63,393 nucleotides of DNA, filler included, from Octopus bimaculoides (GCF_001194135.2; 4 parts of 4 records of this genome joined end to end with filler, not necessarily neighbours in it), one strand, 5' to 3'. Shown: positions 1 to 11,102, counted from the whole stretch's first letter. Numbers and translations: made by a program. Notes: generated from the sequence alone by a model not told the origin.

Positions 1-788
1 AGACCTTAATGAACAAATACATTAGAGAGAGACAGACAGACAGACAGATAAATGGGGAAGAAGAAAGAAAGAAAGAAAGAGGAAGTGAATGAGTGAGGTA
101 GTGACAGAGTGTTAATGGGGGGGGGATAAGAAGGGGGGGAGGAGGGTGTCAGAGGGAAAAAATAGGGGGTAATTACAATAGGGGAGACAGGAAGAGGACA
201 AAGCAACTAAGAGAACATGGGAATGTGTGTGTGTGTGTGTGTGTGCATGTACTAGTGTGTGTATGTGGCGTGTATAATAGACACACGTGTATATATTACT
301 GTCTGTGTATATACATATATGTACATGAATGTGTAAATATAAATGTGTGTGTATATATATGTGTGTGTGTATATATGTGTGTGTCATCATCATCATCATC
401 ATCGTTTAACGTCCGCTTATGTGGGTGTGTGTATATATAATATATACATACATGTGAGTGTGTGTGTGTGTGAGTCAGTCAGTATGTATGTACATATATA
501 TATATATACATGTCTGAATATCTGTGTTGTACATGTAGCAAACCCTATAAATTCAGTCGTTTACAATTACAGATTCAAATTCCTAGTTCCATGTTCGAAT
601 TCAGGTCGAGACTGAAGCAGAAATTAACATTTTTTTTTAATTATTATTATTATTCATTTATTTATTTATATTTATATTTATATTTATATAGGGGTAAAAA
701 AAAAAGGGGGGGTGGCAGGGAGGAAATCTGAAAGGAAAGACGAAATAGAAATTAAAGTGTGCAAAATGTCATTCTGGGTGTCACAGAT

Positions 789-899
789 TTATACGAAGCT
801 ATCCGAGAAACTGTCCAGGCTATTCTGTTGGATTGGCTCCATCTGGGGCTGGAAATCAGACTCTTTGATGCCAAGAATCATCTGTGGTCTCTCCAGGAA
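789..899 (-). CDS. RICTOR: RICTOR probable terminal coding exon (FLERPQMILGIKESDFQPQMEPIQQNSLDSFSDSFV*)
   Basis: Long polypyrimidine tract ending ...gttactgccag, phase-0 open frame of 37 codons to TAA at 789-791. Position and sequence loosely match the human tail after FIQELFQDVQ (recalled). The intervening exon is not visible. Confidence 0.65.
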   Translation of the reverse strand, partial: FLERPQMILGIKESDFQPQMEPIQQNSLDSFSDSFV

Positions 900-965
900 C
901 TGGCAGTAACAGCAGAAACAGCAGCAGAGGAAGAAACAAAAGAGAAAGAGAGTCAAAATGAGAGA

Positions 966-990
<25 letters not shown>

Positions 991-997
<7 letters not shown>

Positions 998-1544
998 CAG
1001 AAAAAAGATGGTATAAACACACGCCAGAAAAGGTCACAGAAGACGAGAAAGCAACCATACTCTGGGATATGCCAATACGCACAGATAGAGAAATTAAGGC
1101 CAATAGGCCAGATATAGTTGTCAGAGATCATGAAGAAGAAGAAATGCTTTCTAATTGATGTAGCAATACCAACAGATGACAATGTTTCTCTAAAAGAAAT
1201 GGAAAGACTTTCAAAATACAAAGACCTGGAAATAGAGGTAACTCGAATGTGGAGTCTAAAAACAGAAACAGTTCCTATCATAGTAGTTGCCTTAGGTATA
1301 ATAAAAAAATATTCAGACAAATACATAACAAAAACACCAGGACTTACAAATATATATAACTTAGAGAAAATTGCACTCCTGGGTACTGCACACATCCTAC
1401 GCAAAACACTTTCAATACAGTAAACATAAGAGCACCACAGCAAACCACAGCACATACCCAAGGCACACAGAGCTGCGCTCGGTAGTGAAGTGAAAGCACG
1501 TTATAAAAATAAAACTACTGAACAATAATAATAATAATAATAAT
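991..1544 (+). mobile_element. R4/Dong-like non-LTR retrotransposon, 5'-truncated RLE end, flanked by (AAT)n
   Basis: WDMPIRTDREIKANRPDIVV, FLIDVAIP and KYKDLEIE motifs of the restriction-like endonuclease. (AAT)n at 966-993 and 1524-1544. Confidence 0.9.
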
Positions 1545-1838
1545 GCTTTCTACTATAAGCACAAGGCCTGAAATTTGAGAGAAAGGGGATAATCATTATT
1601 TACATTATTTACATTTGATGGATATTTATCCTCATTTTATAGAAATAATACATTTCTAAATCTCTCAGAGAGATTTATGCAGTAGTGATACAATGAAGTA
1701 GTTGTATGCTGTCAACTTAATGTGACAGTCCCATGAAAGGAATAACACTACTGCTATTTAGCCCTAGGAAGCAGCACATTTCCTGTGTCCTTATGGTTAC
1801 AAGGGGTAGGCAAGCACCTCCACCCAGCTAAGCCTGCA

Positions 1839-1881
1839 TCCAGAGACATGTTTCTGAGTCTTTGCTCATCATCAGTCTGGA
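1839..1881 (-). ncRNA. Minimal type I hammerhead ribozyme with intact core and GUC cleavage site
   Basis: Minus strand reads UCCAGA CUGAUGA UGAG-caaaga-CUCA GAAA CAUG UC UCUGGA: 6-bp stem I, canonical core, 4-bp stem II, palindromic ACAUGU stem III. Confidence 0.75.
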
Positions 1882-1964
1882 GTAGCAATAGCCTGCTACT
1901 TGGAGACAGCTGTGAAGCTCTCGTAAATATATAATAATTCGAGTGAAACACATTCACTGTTGTT

Positions 1965-2010
1965 AACACAACGTTTCAGCTGATATCCCTTCCAGCCTTC
2001 ATCAGGTGTC
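1965..2010 (-). ncRNA. Minimal type I hammerhead motif, second family
   Basis: GACAC CUGAUGA A GGCUG-10 nt-CAGCU GAAA CG UU GUGUU. Palindromic ACGU stem III, with a G-U pair closing stem II. Confidence 0.6.
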
Positions 2011-2029
2011 TTGGGGGAAATTTCGAACC

Positions 2030-2190
2030 CGCCACAACCACAACAACCACCACCGCCACCCTCACTACACCACCAGCACCAGCACCATGAACAGCATCGC
2101 TACCACTTTAACCACCAGCTCAACCATCACCATCAATCAGCTATCATCACAACTATCATCACCACAATCACAATCATCCCCTCCACGACC

Positions 2191-2222
<32 letters not shown>

Positions 2223-2359
2223 AACCACCACCCTCATTGCCACCACTATCACTGCCTTACAACAAAAGCCACCCTCACTACACCACCACCACCACCATCA
2301 TCATAACCACAACAACAATCATTACCACCACCACCATCATCATCATCATCACCATCACC

Positions 2360-2408
<49 letters not shown>

Positions 2409-2420
2409 CTACTACAAGCA
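2030..2420. repeat. CAC/CAT/CAA trinucleotide mosaic
   Basis: Direct inspection; gives poly-H/T/I pseudo-ORFs. Confidence 0.9.
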
Positions 2421-3173
2421 AAAAAAAAAAAGGGACTCACNNNNNNNNNNNNNNNNNNNNNNNNNNNNNNNNNNNNNNNNNNNNNNNNNNNNNNNNNNNN
2501 NNNNNNNNNNNNNNNNNNNNNNNNNNNNNNNNNNNNNNNNNNNNNNNNNNNNNNNNNNNNNNNNNNNNNNNNNNNNNNNNNNNNNNNNNNNNNNNNNNNN
2601 NNNNNNNNNNNNNNNNNNNNNNNNNNNNNNNNNNNNNNNNNNNNNNNNNNNNNNNNNNNNNNNNNNNNNNNNNNNNNNNNNNNNNNNNNNNNNNNNNNNN
2701 NNNNNNNNNNNNNNNNNNNNNNNNNNNNNNNNNNNNNNNNNNNNNNNNNNNNNNNNNNNNNNNNNNNNNNNNNNNNNNNNNNNNNNNNNNNNNNNNNNNN
2801 NNNNNNNNNNNNNNNNNNNNNNNNNNNNNNNNNNNNNNNNNNNNNNNNNNNNNNNNNNNNNNNNNNNNNNNNNNNNNNNNNNNNNNNNNNNNNNNNNNNN
2901 NNNNNNNNNNNNNNNNNNNNNNNNNNNNNNNNNNNNNNNNNNNNNNNNNNNNNNNNNNNNNNNNNNNNNNNNNNNNNNNNNNNNNNNNNNNNNNNNNNNN
3001 NNNNNNNNNNNNNNNNNNNNNNNNNNNNNNNNNNNNATATATATATTGTGTATTTAAATAATAAGGGTGAAAATTGAATATTAATTTGATTTAATTAATA
3101 TCAATTTAGAGCCAGTGGCCTAGCAAATTGAAAAAAATCTGAAGATTCAGAAAAATTATATTACATACATATA

Positions 3174-3340
3174 AGAGGGTTGACCACTAAGTGGACATCC
3201 AATTTGCTAGAAAAAGACCCCCTATGTAGCTTACGTTCTAGTGTTTGCTGAATTTTCTTGAGAACAATCTTTTCTTAGTGGTCAGACCATAGGTGGTCTA
3301 CTTCTAGCATAATAGGTGTCCACTTAGTGGTCATCCCTCT
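3174..3340. mobile_element. MITE with ~27-bp TIRs flanked by TA (Tc1/mariner-like)
   Basis: agagggttgaccactaagtggacatcc versus ggtgtccacttagtggtcatccctct, with TA on both sides. Confidence 0.75.
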
Positions 3341-3402
3341 TATATGTATATATATATATATATTGTGTATATGTAAGTATGTATATATCATGTGTAAGTT
3401 AC

Positions 3403-3526
3403 CTCAAGAGTCCTTGTTCAGACATCTTCAAGCCAACTGAACTGCTCAGGTTCACGACAAACTTCAGGATTTCTTTCCGGATCTGGGTCTTGCCGAAGGG
3501 GCTGTCGTCTGTGAGCTTCTTGGTTG
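3403..3526 (-). CDS. RICTOR: RICTOR exon (ATKKLTDDSPFGKTQIRKEILKFVVNLSSSVGLKMSEQGLL), C-terminal domain
   Basis: ttcacttcag acceptor and AG|gtaact donor, phase 1 to 2, 124 nt. Strong similarity to human DDTPMCRILLRKEVLRLVINLSSSVSTKCHETGLL (recalled). Confidence 0.95.
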
Positions 3527-3623
3527 CTGAAGTGAACACAAAAACACAGGGTCAAGGAGAAAGATGAACCCAAAAAAGAATGAGAAAAGACTAAGACGAT
3601 GATGATGATGATGATGATGATGA

Positions 3624-3673
<50 letters not shown>

Positions 3674-3861
3674 GTATATATANNNNNNNNNNNNNNNNNN
3701 NNNNNNNNNNNNNNNNNNNNNNNNNNNNNNNNNNNNNNNNNNNNNNNNNNNNNNNNNNNNNNNNNNNNNNNNNNNNNNNNNNNNNNNNNNNNNNNNNNNN
3801 NNNNNNNNNNNNNNNNNNNNNNNNNNNNNNNNNNNNNNNNNNNNNNNATATATATATATAC

Positions 3862-4272
3862 TCTCTTACTTTTTTACTTGTTTCAGTCATTTGACTGCAG
3901 CCATGCTGGAGCACCGCCTTCATTTGAGCAAATCGACCCCGGGACTTATTCTTTGTAAGCCTAGTACTTATTCTATCGGACTCTCTTTTGCCGAACCGCT
4001 AAGTTACAGGGACGTAAACACACCACCATCAGTTGTCAAGCGATGTTGGGGGGACAAACACAGATACACAAACATACACACACACACACACATGTATATA
4101 TATATATATATACAATGGGCTTCTTTCAGTTTTCGTCTGCCGAATCCACTCACAAGGCTTTGGTCAGCCCAAGGCTATAGTAGAAGACACTTGCTCAAGG
4201 TGCTACGCAGTGGGACTCATCCCGGAACCGTGTAGTTCGTAAGCAAGCTACTTACCACACAGCCACTCCTAC
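3862..4272 (-). mobile_element. tRNA-derived SINE, family A (head ...gagtggctgtgtggtaag), near full length
   Basis: A/B-box-like head, internal (TA/CA)n, same body repeated more than 10 times in the window. Confidence 0.85.
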
Positions 4273-4552
4273 GAGAATGACATTGTAGGGTAGGTGTAAG
4301 AGGCCAGATCTGGTCAGTTTGAACATAAAACCCATAAACCATTTCAGCCAGATATGGCCAGTTTAGGTGATAAAGTGTTAAAGAATGTCACTATACAAGT
4401 CCTCAGTTACCTCCATGATGAGTAAGTGGTCATCTTCACTTCAATGAACGAACATGCACTTTGATCAGAGGTCTGCTCTGTTAGGGCTGACCTGGGGTTA
4501 AACAACAACATCAATGATAACACAACAACAACAACAAAGTTTTTTTACTGAC

Positions 4553-4756
4553 CTGACTCTGTACTTGTATTACTGGTTATGCTGCTAGGGGTGACCCAGG
4601 AGGCGTCATGACTGTTACTTCGGGCCTCGATCAAGCGCGTCTGTGTTGGTTCAATGGTTGGTGTTGGACTGTTGCTGCTGCTTTCTAGAACCTTCTGACT
4701 GGATCCGGTCAGTTCTGATGAGATCGGTAACACAGTGTCCAGGTACGAGATGTTGT
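4553..4756 (-). CDS. RICTOR: RICTOR exon (NISYLDTVLP...SNTSTES), Ser/Thr-rich linker
   Basis: attccag acceptor and G|gtcagt donor, 204 nt, phase 1-1, open and in frame with both neighbouring exons. Confidence 0.85.
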
Positions 4757-5124
4757 CTGGAATATGATAGTATCGGACATAGTGATCAGTGGTGAGGTTT
4801 GTGTGGTGGTGGTGGTGGTTGTATGATGGTGTGAGGGTCGTAGTTGTGTTATGGTGGTACATCAAAAATTATCATTTATTATCTGCAGTTCCCAAAAGAT
4901 GTTTTTTTTATTTCCTCAGTGAAAGGCAGATGGTAGGGGTGTAGGTTTTTCTAATTTGATGTCTGTAGACTGTCATTCCCTTCTGTACTGAAGGCGTGTG
5001 GTTTAGTGGTTAGGGTGTTCAGCTCATAATCAGTGGGTCATGAGTTCAATTCCTGATAGCACACTGTGTGTGTGAATTTGTGCAAGTGTGAGCAAGAAAG
5101 AAAAAAAAAAGAGAGAGGACTTAC

Positions 5125-5274
5125 TGTCTAGATCCGTGATGTTGATGGATACAGTCTGGCTGGCCGCACCATCCAGTCTCTGTAGGTGACAACACATCAA
5201 GCAGTTTTGTGGTAGATGTTGTTCTGGTTCGTCACAGCCCGCTGTCACACTCAGTTTCGGCATCTTACTATAGT
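5125..5274 (-). CDS. RICTOR: RICTOR exon (DYSKMPKL...EQHLPQNCLMCCHL...ITDLD) with H-x4-C-x2-C zinc ligands
   Basis: catctgcag acceptor and A|gtaagt donor, 150 nt, phase 1-1. HLPQNCLMC matches human HTDDNCLYC (recalled). Confidence 0.9.
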
Positions 5275-5371
5275 CTGCAGATGATTGTAAGAAAAAAAGA
5301 AGAAGAAGGGTTCAATGTAGAGAGAGAAGAACAACGAAAAACTAACAACTCCGCCAGCATGCCGCCCTAGA

Positions 5372-5412
<41 letters not shown>

Positions 5413-5729
5413 GAACAGAAATTTAAATAAGAGTTTTGACGCTAATATCCATTTATATTAAAGTTTATTACCTATGTCAACATTTCTGTATACGGTTAAA
5501 TTCAACTCTCAATTCAAAAAGTAAATAGTAAACACCAAGAAAAAATTTATAATCTCTAAGTATTATTCATATTCAAATTCATATATATATATATATATAT
5601 ANNNNNNNNNNNNNNNNNNNNNNNNNNNNNNNNNNNNNNNNNNNNNNNNNNNNNNNNNNNNNNNNNNNNNNNNNNNNNNNNNNNNNNNNNNNNNNNNNNN
5701 NNNNNNNNNNNNNNNNNNNNNNNNNNNNN

Positions 5730-6030
5730 ATAGCCTTGGGACGACCAAAACCTTGTGGGTGAATTTGGTAGACGGAAACTGAAAGAAGCCCATTGTGTAA
5801 ATATATATATTTATATGTGTGTGTCTTTGTGTCTGTGTTTGTCACCCCCCCCCCCCATCATTGCTTGACAACCGATGCTGGTGTGTTTATGTCCCCGAAA
5901 CTTAGCAATTTGGCAAAAGACACCGATAGACTAAGTACTAGGCTCACAAATTCCTTGGTCGATTTCTTCAGATAAAGGCAGTGCCCCAGCATGGCTGCAG
6001 TCAAATGACTGAAATGTGTAAAACAGTAAA
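5730..6030 (+). mobile_element. SINE family A, body and tail, inverted relative to 3862-4272
   Basis: ggtagacggaaactgaaagaagccc ... cagcatggctgcagtcaaatgactgaaa. Confidence 0.85.
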
Positions 6031-6067
6031 AGAGAATATACACGCACACACATATGTAAGTACATAT

Positions 6068-6099
<32 letters not shown>

Positions 6100-6341
6100 T
6101 AAAACACACAGACACACACATATATATACATACATATACACACACATATACACACAAATACAAAGCTTTGACATGTGTGAACATTATATACACACGTCAG
6201 TACTTATAATTTGCACAACATGTTCTGCACATGTGTGTGTAGAAAGACACACACACACACACACGTGCATATATTTATATAACAGTGTATGAGTACATAT
6301 ACATAACACCACATATATACATGTATATATCTTTCTCTCTC

Positions 6342-6405
<64 letters not shown>

Positions 6406-6415
6406 NNNNNNNNNN

Positions 6416-6488
<73 letters not shown>

Positions 6489-6544
6489 CATCATCATCAT
6501 TTTACATCCGTTTTCTCTGTTGACATGGGTTGGTCTATACATAT

Positions 6545-6584
<40 letters not shown>

Positions 6585-6586
<2 letters not shown>

Positions 6587-6930
6587 CTTCTAATTGTTTC
6601 AGACTGTAGCCATGCTGGGGCAGCAATTTAAAAGGGTTTTGTGTGGAACAAATTGACATCAGTGCTTTTTTTTTTCAAGCTCAGTACTTATTCTATCAAT
6701 CTCGTTTGCCGAACCGCTATGTTACAGGAACATAAACAAACCAACACCAGTCATCAAGCAGTGGTGGAGGATAAACACACAAACACATTAATCACTTTCC
6801 ATCTACCAAATCCACCCACAAGGCTTTGGTCAGCCTGGGGTTATAGTACTAGACACTTGCCCAAGGTACCATACAGTGGGACTGAACCCGATACCATGTG
6901 ATTGCAAAGTGAGATTCTTAACCACAGAGC
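6585..6930 (-). mobile_element. SINE family A, degenerate
   Basis: Homology to the other copies. Confidence 0.75.
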
Positions 6931-7009
6931 TATATATATAAGGTGGGGTCAACTAGCAGAGTCAGGAGAGCATCATATAAAATGATTTGTGCTATTCTGG
7001 CTCCCCTTA

Positions 7010-7490
7010 AGGCAGTGAGCTAGCAGAATTGTTAGCACATCTTTACGTTCTGGGTTCAAATTCCACCGAGGTCGACTTTGCCTTTCATCCTTTCGGGGCC
7101 AATAAAATAAGTACCAGTTGTGTTCTGGGACCAATGTAATCAACTGGCCCCATCCCAAATTGTTGGCTTTGTAGCAAAATTTCAAACAAATATTCTGGCA
7201 GAATTGTTACAGTCCCAGACAAAATGCTTAGCAGCATTTCACCAATCTTTATATTCTGAGTTCAAACTCTGCCGAGGTTGACTTTGTCTTTTATCCTTAC
7301 GGGGCCAATAATAAATTAAGTACCAATTGAACACTGGGGAGTCAATGTAACTAACTTACTCCATCCCAAATTCCTGACCCTGTGCCAAAATTTGAAACCA
7401 ATATTCTGGACCTCTGAGTTTCGAGTTCAAATCTTGCCAAGGGTCATTTCATATTTCATCCTTTCAAGTACTGATAAATAAAGTAATAGC
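7010..7490 (+). mobile_element. SINE family B, about three tandem copies
   Basis: Repeated core gaggtcgactttgcctttcatcctttcggggtcgataaaataagtacc, which resembles a Meta-type conserved SINE domain (recalled). Confidence 0.8.
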
Positions 7491-8204
7491 CTAGTCCTCG
7501 GCCTTGTGAGTGAATTTTGGTAGATGGAAACTGAAAGAAGCCTGCGATATATATGAGCATATAGGGCCGAGCTGGCAAAAGCCTACCATATATATTCAGT
7601 TATAATAAAAACGATTTTACATTAATTTGAAGGATTACTCTACACTTTTGTAGAATACAAATATATTGTTTTTAAAGAAGAATGTTGTTGAAACTTCAAA
7701 ACCACTGTCAACACTATTCTTGCTAAAAAATAATTATTTCTTTATCGCCCACAGGGGGGTAAACACAGAGGGGACAAACAAGGACAGACAAAGGGATTAA
7801 GACAATTACATTGACCTCAGTGTGTAACTGGTACTTGTTTAATCGACCCAGAAAAGATGAAAGCAAAGTCGACCTACTCAGAACGTAGCAGCAGATGAAA
7901 TGCCGCTAAGCATTTCACCTGGCGTGCTTAAGTTTCGGCAAGCTCGCTGCCCTCGTTAAAGAATAATATGAAAACATGTCTGGTCTTGGGATATTTTCCA
8001 AAACAGGTGAGGGTTAGTGACCAGAAGGGCATCCAGCTGTGGAAAAAATCTTCCCCAACAAATTCTGTCCAAAGTGGACATTAAAACAATGACAATGATG
8101 ATGATGATACATATAGCTGAAATTTACAGAAAATCAAAAGACAAAGACAGGTGTATAAACAACAAGCAGGTGTATTAGTTTGACACTTGGGAAGGTGAGA
8201 AAGT

Positions 8205-8240
8205 CTTTTACATTTCGAGCCTATGCTCTTCAACAGAAAC
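8205..8240 (-). ncRNA. Degenerate variant hammerhead motif (CUGUUGA core) in a Penelope-like remnant
   Basis: CUGUUGA A GAGC-auag-GCUC GAAA UGU AAAG. The surrounding ~170 bp match 60640-60800 in reverse. Confidence 0.4.
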
Positions 8241-8270
8241 GAACACGACAAAATAAACAGAGAGAGAATT

Positions 8271-8314
<44 letters not shown>

Positions 8315-9379
8315 AAAACAACATAATTGTAAGCATACGCATACATATATATATATATATATATATACACATAACATGAATGCCTAAGCATATATATATA
8401 CACTTAATGAACAACTTATACTTATATATACACACACAAACAAACATGTATATTTAAATACAGGCATATACACCTATGTTACCAAGTATAAATACATATA
8501 TCTATCTATCTATCTTTCTATATAAGATAGTCGAACAAACTGACCCCAGGACTTATTCTTTGTAAGCCTAGTACTTACTCTATCAGTCTCTTTTGCTGAA
8601 CTGCTAAGTTACGGGGACATAAACACACACACACATATATTTACGATGGGCTTCTTTCAGTCTCTGTCTCCCAAATATATATATATATCATCATCATCAT
8701 TTAACGTCCGCTTTCCATGCTAGCATGGGTTGCACGATTTGACTGAGGACTGGTGAAACCAGATGGCTACACCAGGCTCCAATATATATATATATATATA
8801 TACATATGAGACGGGCTTCTTTCAGTTTCCGTCTACCAAATCCACTCACAAGGCTTTGGTCGGCCCAGAGCCTATAGTAGAAGACACTTGCCCGAGGCGC
8901 CACGCAGTGGGACTGAACCTGGATGGAACCATGTGGTTGATAAGCAAGCTTCTTACCACACAGCCACTCCTGCACCTTGCTCAAAATAAGTAGATAGACA
9001 ACAACTGATGAAGGGTCGTTCTTTATGTTACTTGTCCTGTTTTCCATTTGTTTCCCTCATTGTTTGCATATTGAACTCATTTATTTTCGTATTTCATGTT
9101 GTTTACTGTTGGTGACGTCCTGTACCCATATATGCATATGTATATATGTATATATGTATATATATATATATATATATATNNNNNNNNNNNNNNNNNNNNN
9201 NNNNNNNNNNNNNNNNNNNNNNNNNNNNNNNNNNNNNNNNNNNNNNNNNNNNNNNNNNNCCCCCCCCCCACAGCCGATCCTACCCCCTCCTAAGCCCACC
9301 TTTATGATATAACCAGATGGTGTCATGTGACAACTATTAGTGCTATACTTAGACAGCAGAGGAAATACATACCACCTGT

Positions 9380-10070
9380 GTACAACGACTACCACCACAA
9401 CAACCACTATTACCACCACCACTACTACTATTACTATCACCACCACCACAACGACCACCACCACTACTACCACCATTCCCACAACTACAACCACTACCAC
9501 TACTACCACCAACACCACAACGACCACCATTATGACTATTACTACCATTATTACCACCACCACTACTACTATTACTACCACCACCACCACTAGTACCACC
9601 ACTCCCACTGCCACCACCACCACCATCTTTACTACTTCTACTGCTACTCAAGTAGTGATACTACAGCAGGAACACCATGGCCAACAGCAACAACACTGGA
9701 CTACTACCACCCCAACATGTACACAAACTACAATAACAATCATCACAACACTACCACATTATCAGTTGCGACGTCATTCACCACCACAACAACAACCACC
9801 ACCACAACAACAACCACCACCACAACAACAAACAGCAACAACAGAGTTCATCTTCCTAAGATAATGTACATCGTCATCATCATTAACATCCTCATCATCA
9901 TCATCGTCATCAACAATGATATCGTCATTGTTGCCATCCTCGACATCATCGTCGTCGTCATCATCATCATCATCAATACCATAACCATCGTCGTCATCAT
10001 TATCAATACCATCATCATCATCAATGTCATCACCATCGTCGTCATCATCATCGTCATTTCAAAATCCATC
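9380..10070. repeat. ACC/ACT/CAA/CAT trinucleotide mosaic
   Basis: Direct inspection. Confidence 0.9.
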
Positions 10071-10343
10071 TTTTAATCATGCTTGTATATATATGTATAT
10101 ATATATATATATATGTGTGTGTGTTTGTGTGTCTGTGTTTGTCCCCCCAACATCGCTTGACAGCTGATGCTGGTGTGTTTACGTCCCCGTAGCTTAGCAG
10201 TTTGGCAAAAAGAGACCGATAGAATAAGTACTAGGCTTACAAAGAATAAGTCCTGGGGTTTATTTGCTCGACTAAAAGGCAGTGCTCCAGCATGGCCACA
10301 GTCAAATGACTGAAACAAGTAAAAGAATAAAAGAATATGTCTG

Positions 10344-10405
<62 letters not shown>

Positions 10406-11014
10406 TATATATATATCATCATCATCATCGTTTAACATCCGCTTTCCATGCTGGCATGGGTTAGACAGTTTGACTGAAGACTGGTGAGCCAGAAGGCTGC
10501 ACCAGGCTCAATCTGATGATGATGATTATATATATACATACACACACACACACATATAACCCAGTCAATGGGGTGGTTGGTGTTAGGAAGGGCATCCAGC
10601 CATAAACAAACAAGCCGAAACAGACAGAGGTTCATGCCACAGGCACCTGTTCAACTCATGCCAGCATGGAAGGAGGACATTAAACAAAGATGACAACGAC
10701 GATGATATATATACACACACACACACACACAATGGGCTTCTTTCAGTTTCCATCTTCCATAATCACTCACAAGGCTTTGGTAGGCCCGGGGCTATAGAAG
10801 ACACCTGTCCAAGGAGCCACACAGTAGGACTGAACCTAGAACCACGTGGTTGGGTAGCAAACTTCTTACCACACAGTCATGTCTGTCACATTTAACATTT
10901 ACAAAATATAATAAAATAAAATAAAATTATTTTTAACCCCCACCCCCACCCCCCAAAAAAATGTCAGTAGCACCCATACCTGAGAATTGAACCTGTAACC
11001 TTGATGGAACCTAC

Positions 11015-11102
11015 CTGAGTGTTTTGTTGTGGATTTCCTATCGGTGGGTGGTGAATGGGTGGATGACATGGAGTTACTTCGACGGTCTTCACCTTCAACG
11101 AC
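11015..11102 (-). CDS. RICTOR: RICTOR exon (VVEGEDRRSNSMSSTHSPPTDRKSTTKHS)
   Basis: ttttttccacag acceptor and G|gtaggt donor, 88 nt, phase 0 to 1, consistent with the flanking exons. Confidence 0.85.

Larger units (their letters stand above)
1595..2030 (-). mobile_element. Penelope-like terminal repeat remnant split by a ~320-bp insertion (1636-1957)
   Basis: 1595-1635 plus 1958-2030 match the uninterrupted copy at 22641-22790. The Penelope assignment is inferred from the hammerhead motif. Confidence 0.5.

Noticed and set aside
112-170. G-run clusters (also 12421-12478) as regulatory G-quadruplexes
   Set aside because: Low-complexity purine tracts with no promoter context; function is not supportable from sequence.
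759-1016. Plus-strand 85-aa ORF (MQNVILGV...)
   Set aside because: Antisense shadow of the RICTOR terminal exon and its pyrimidine tract.
2006-3061. Long ORFs spanning N runs (also 13068-14184, 18650, 20255, 41519-43659, 54994-56088, 59764-60543, 61871-62768)
   Set aside because: Length comes from X codons and microsatellites; there is no coding signal apart from the exon pieces listed.
3490-3510. Gly in place of the human Cys in DDTPMC as loss of a zinc ligand
   Set aside because: By my recollection the fourth ligand is the Cys of DDIC, which falls in the exon missing from the gap.
9077-10076. Poly-T/H/V/I ORFs (also 16679-17211 poly-D/H/M)
   Set aside because: Translations of trinucleotide repeats that are open in several frames.
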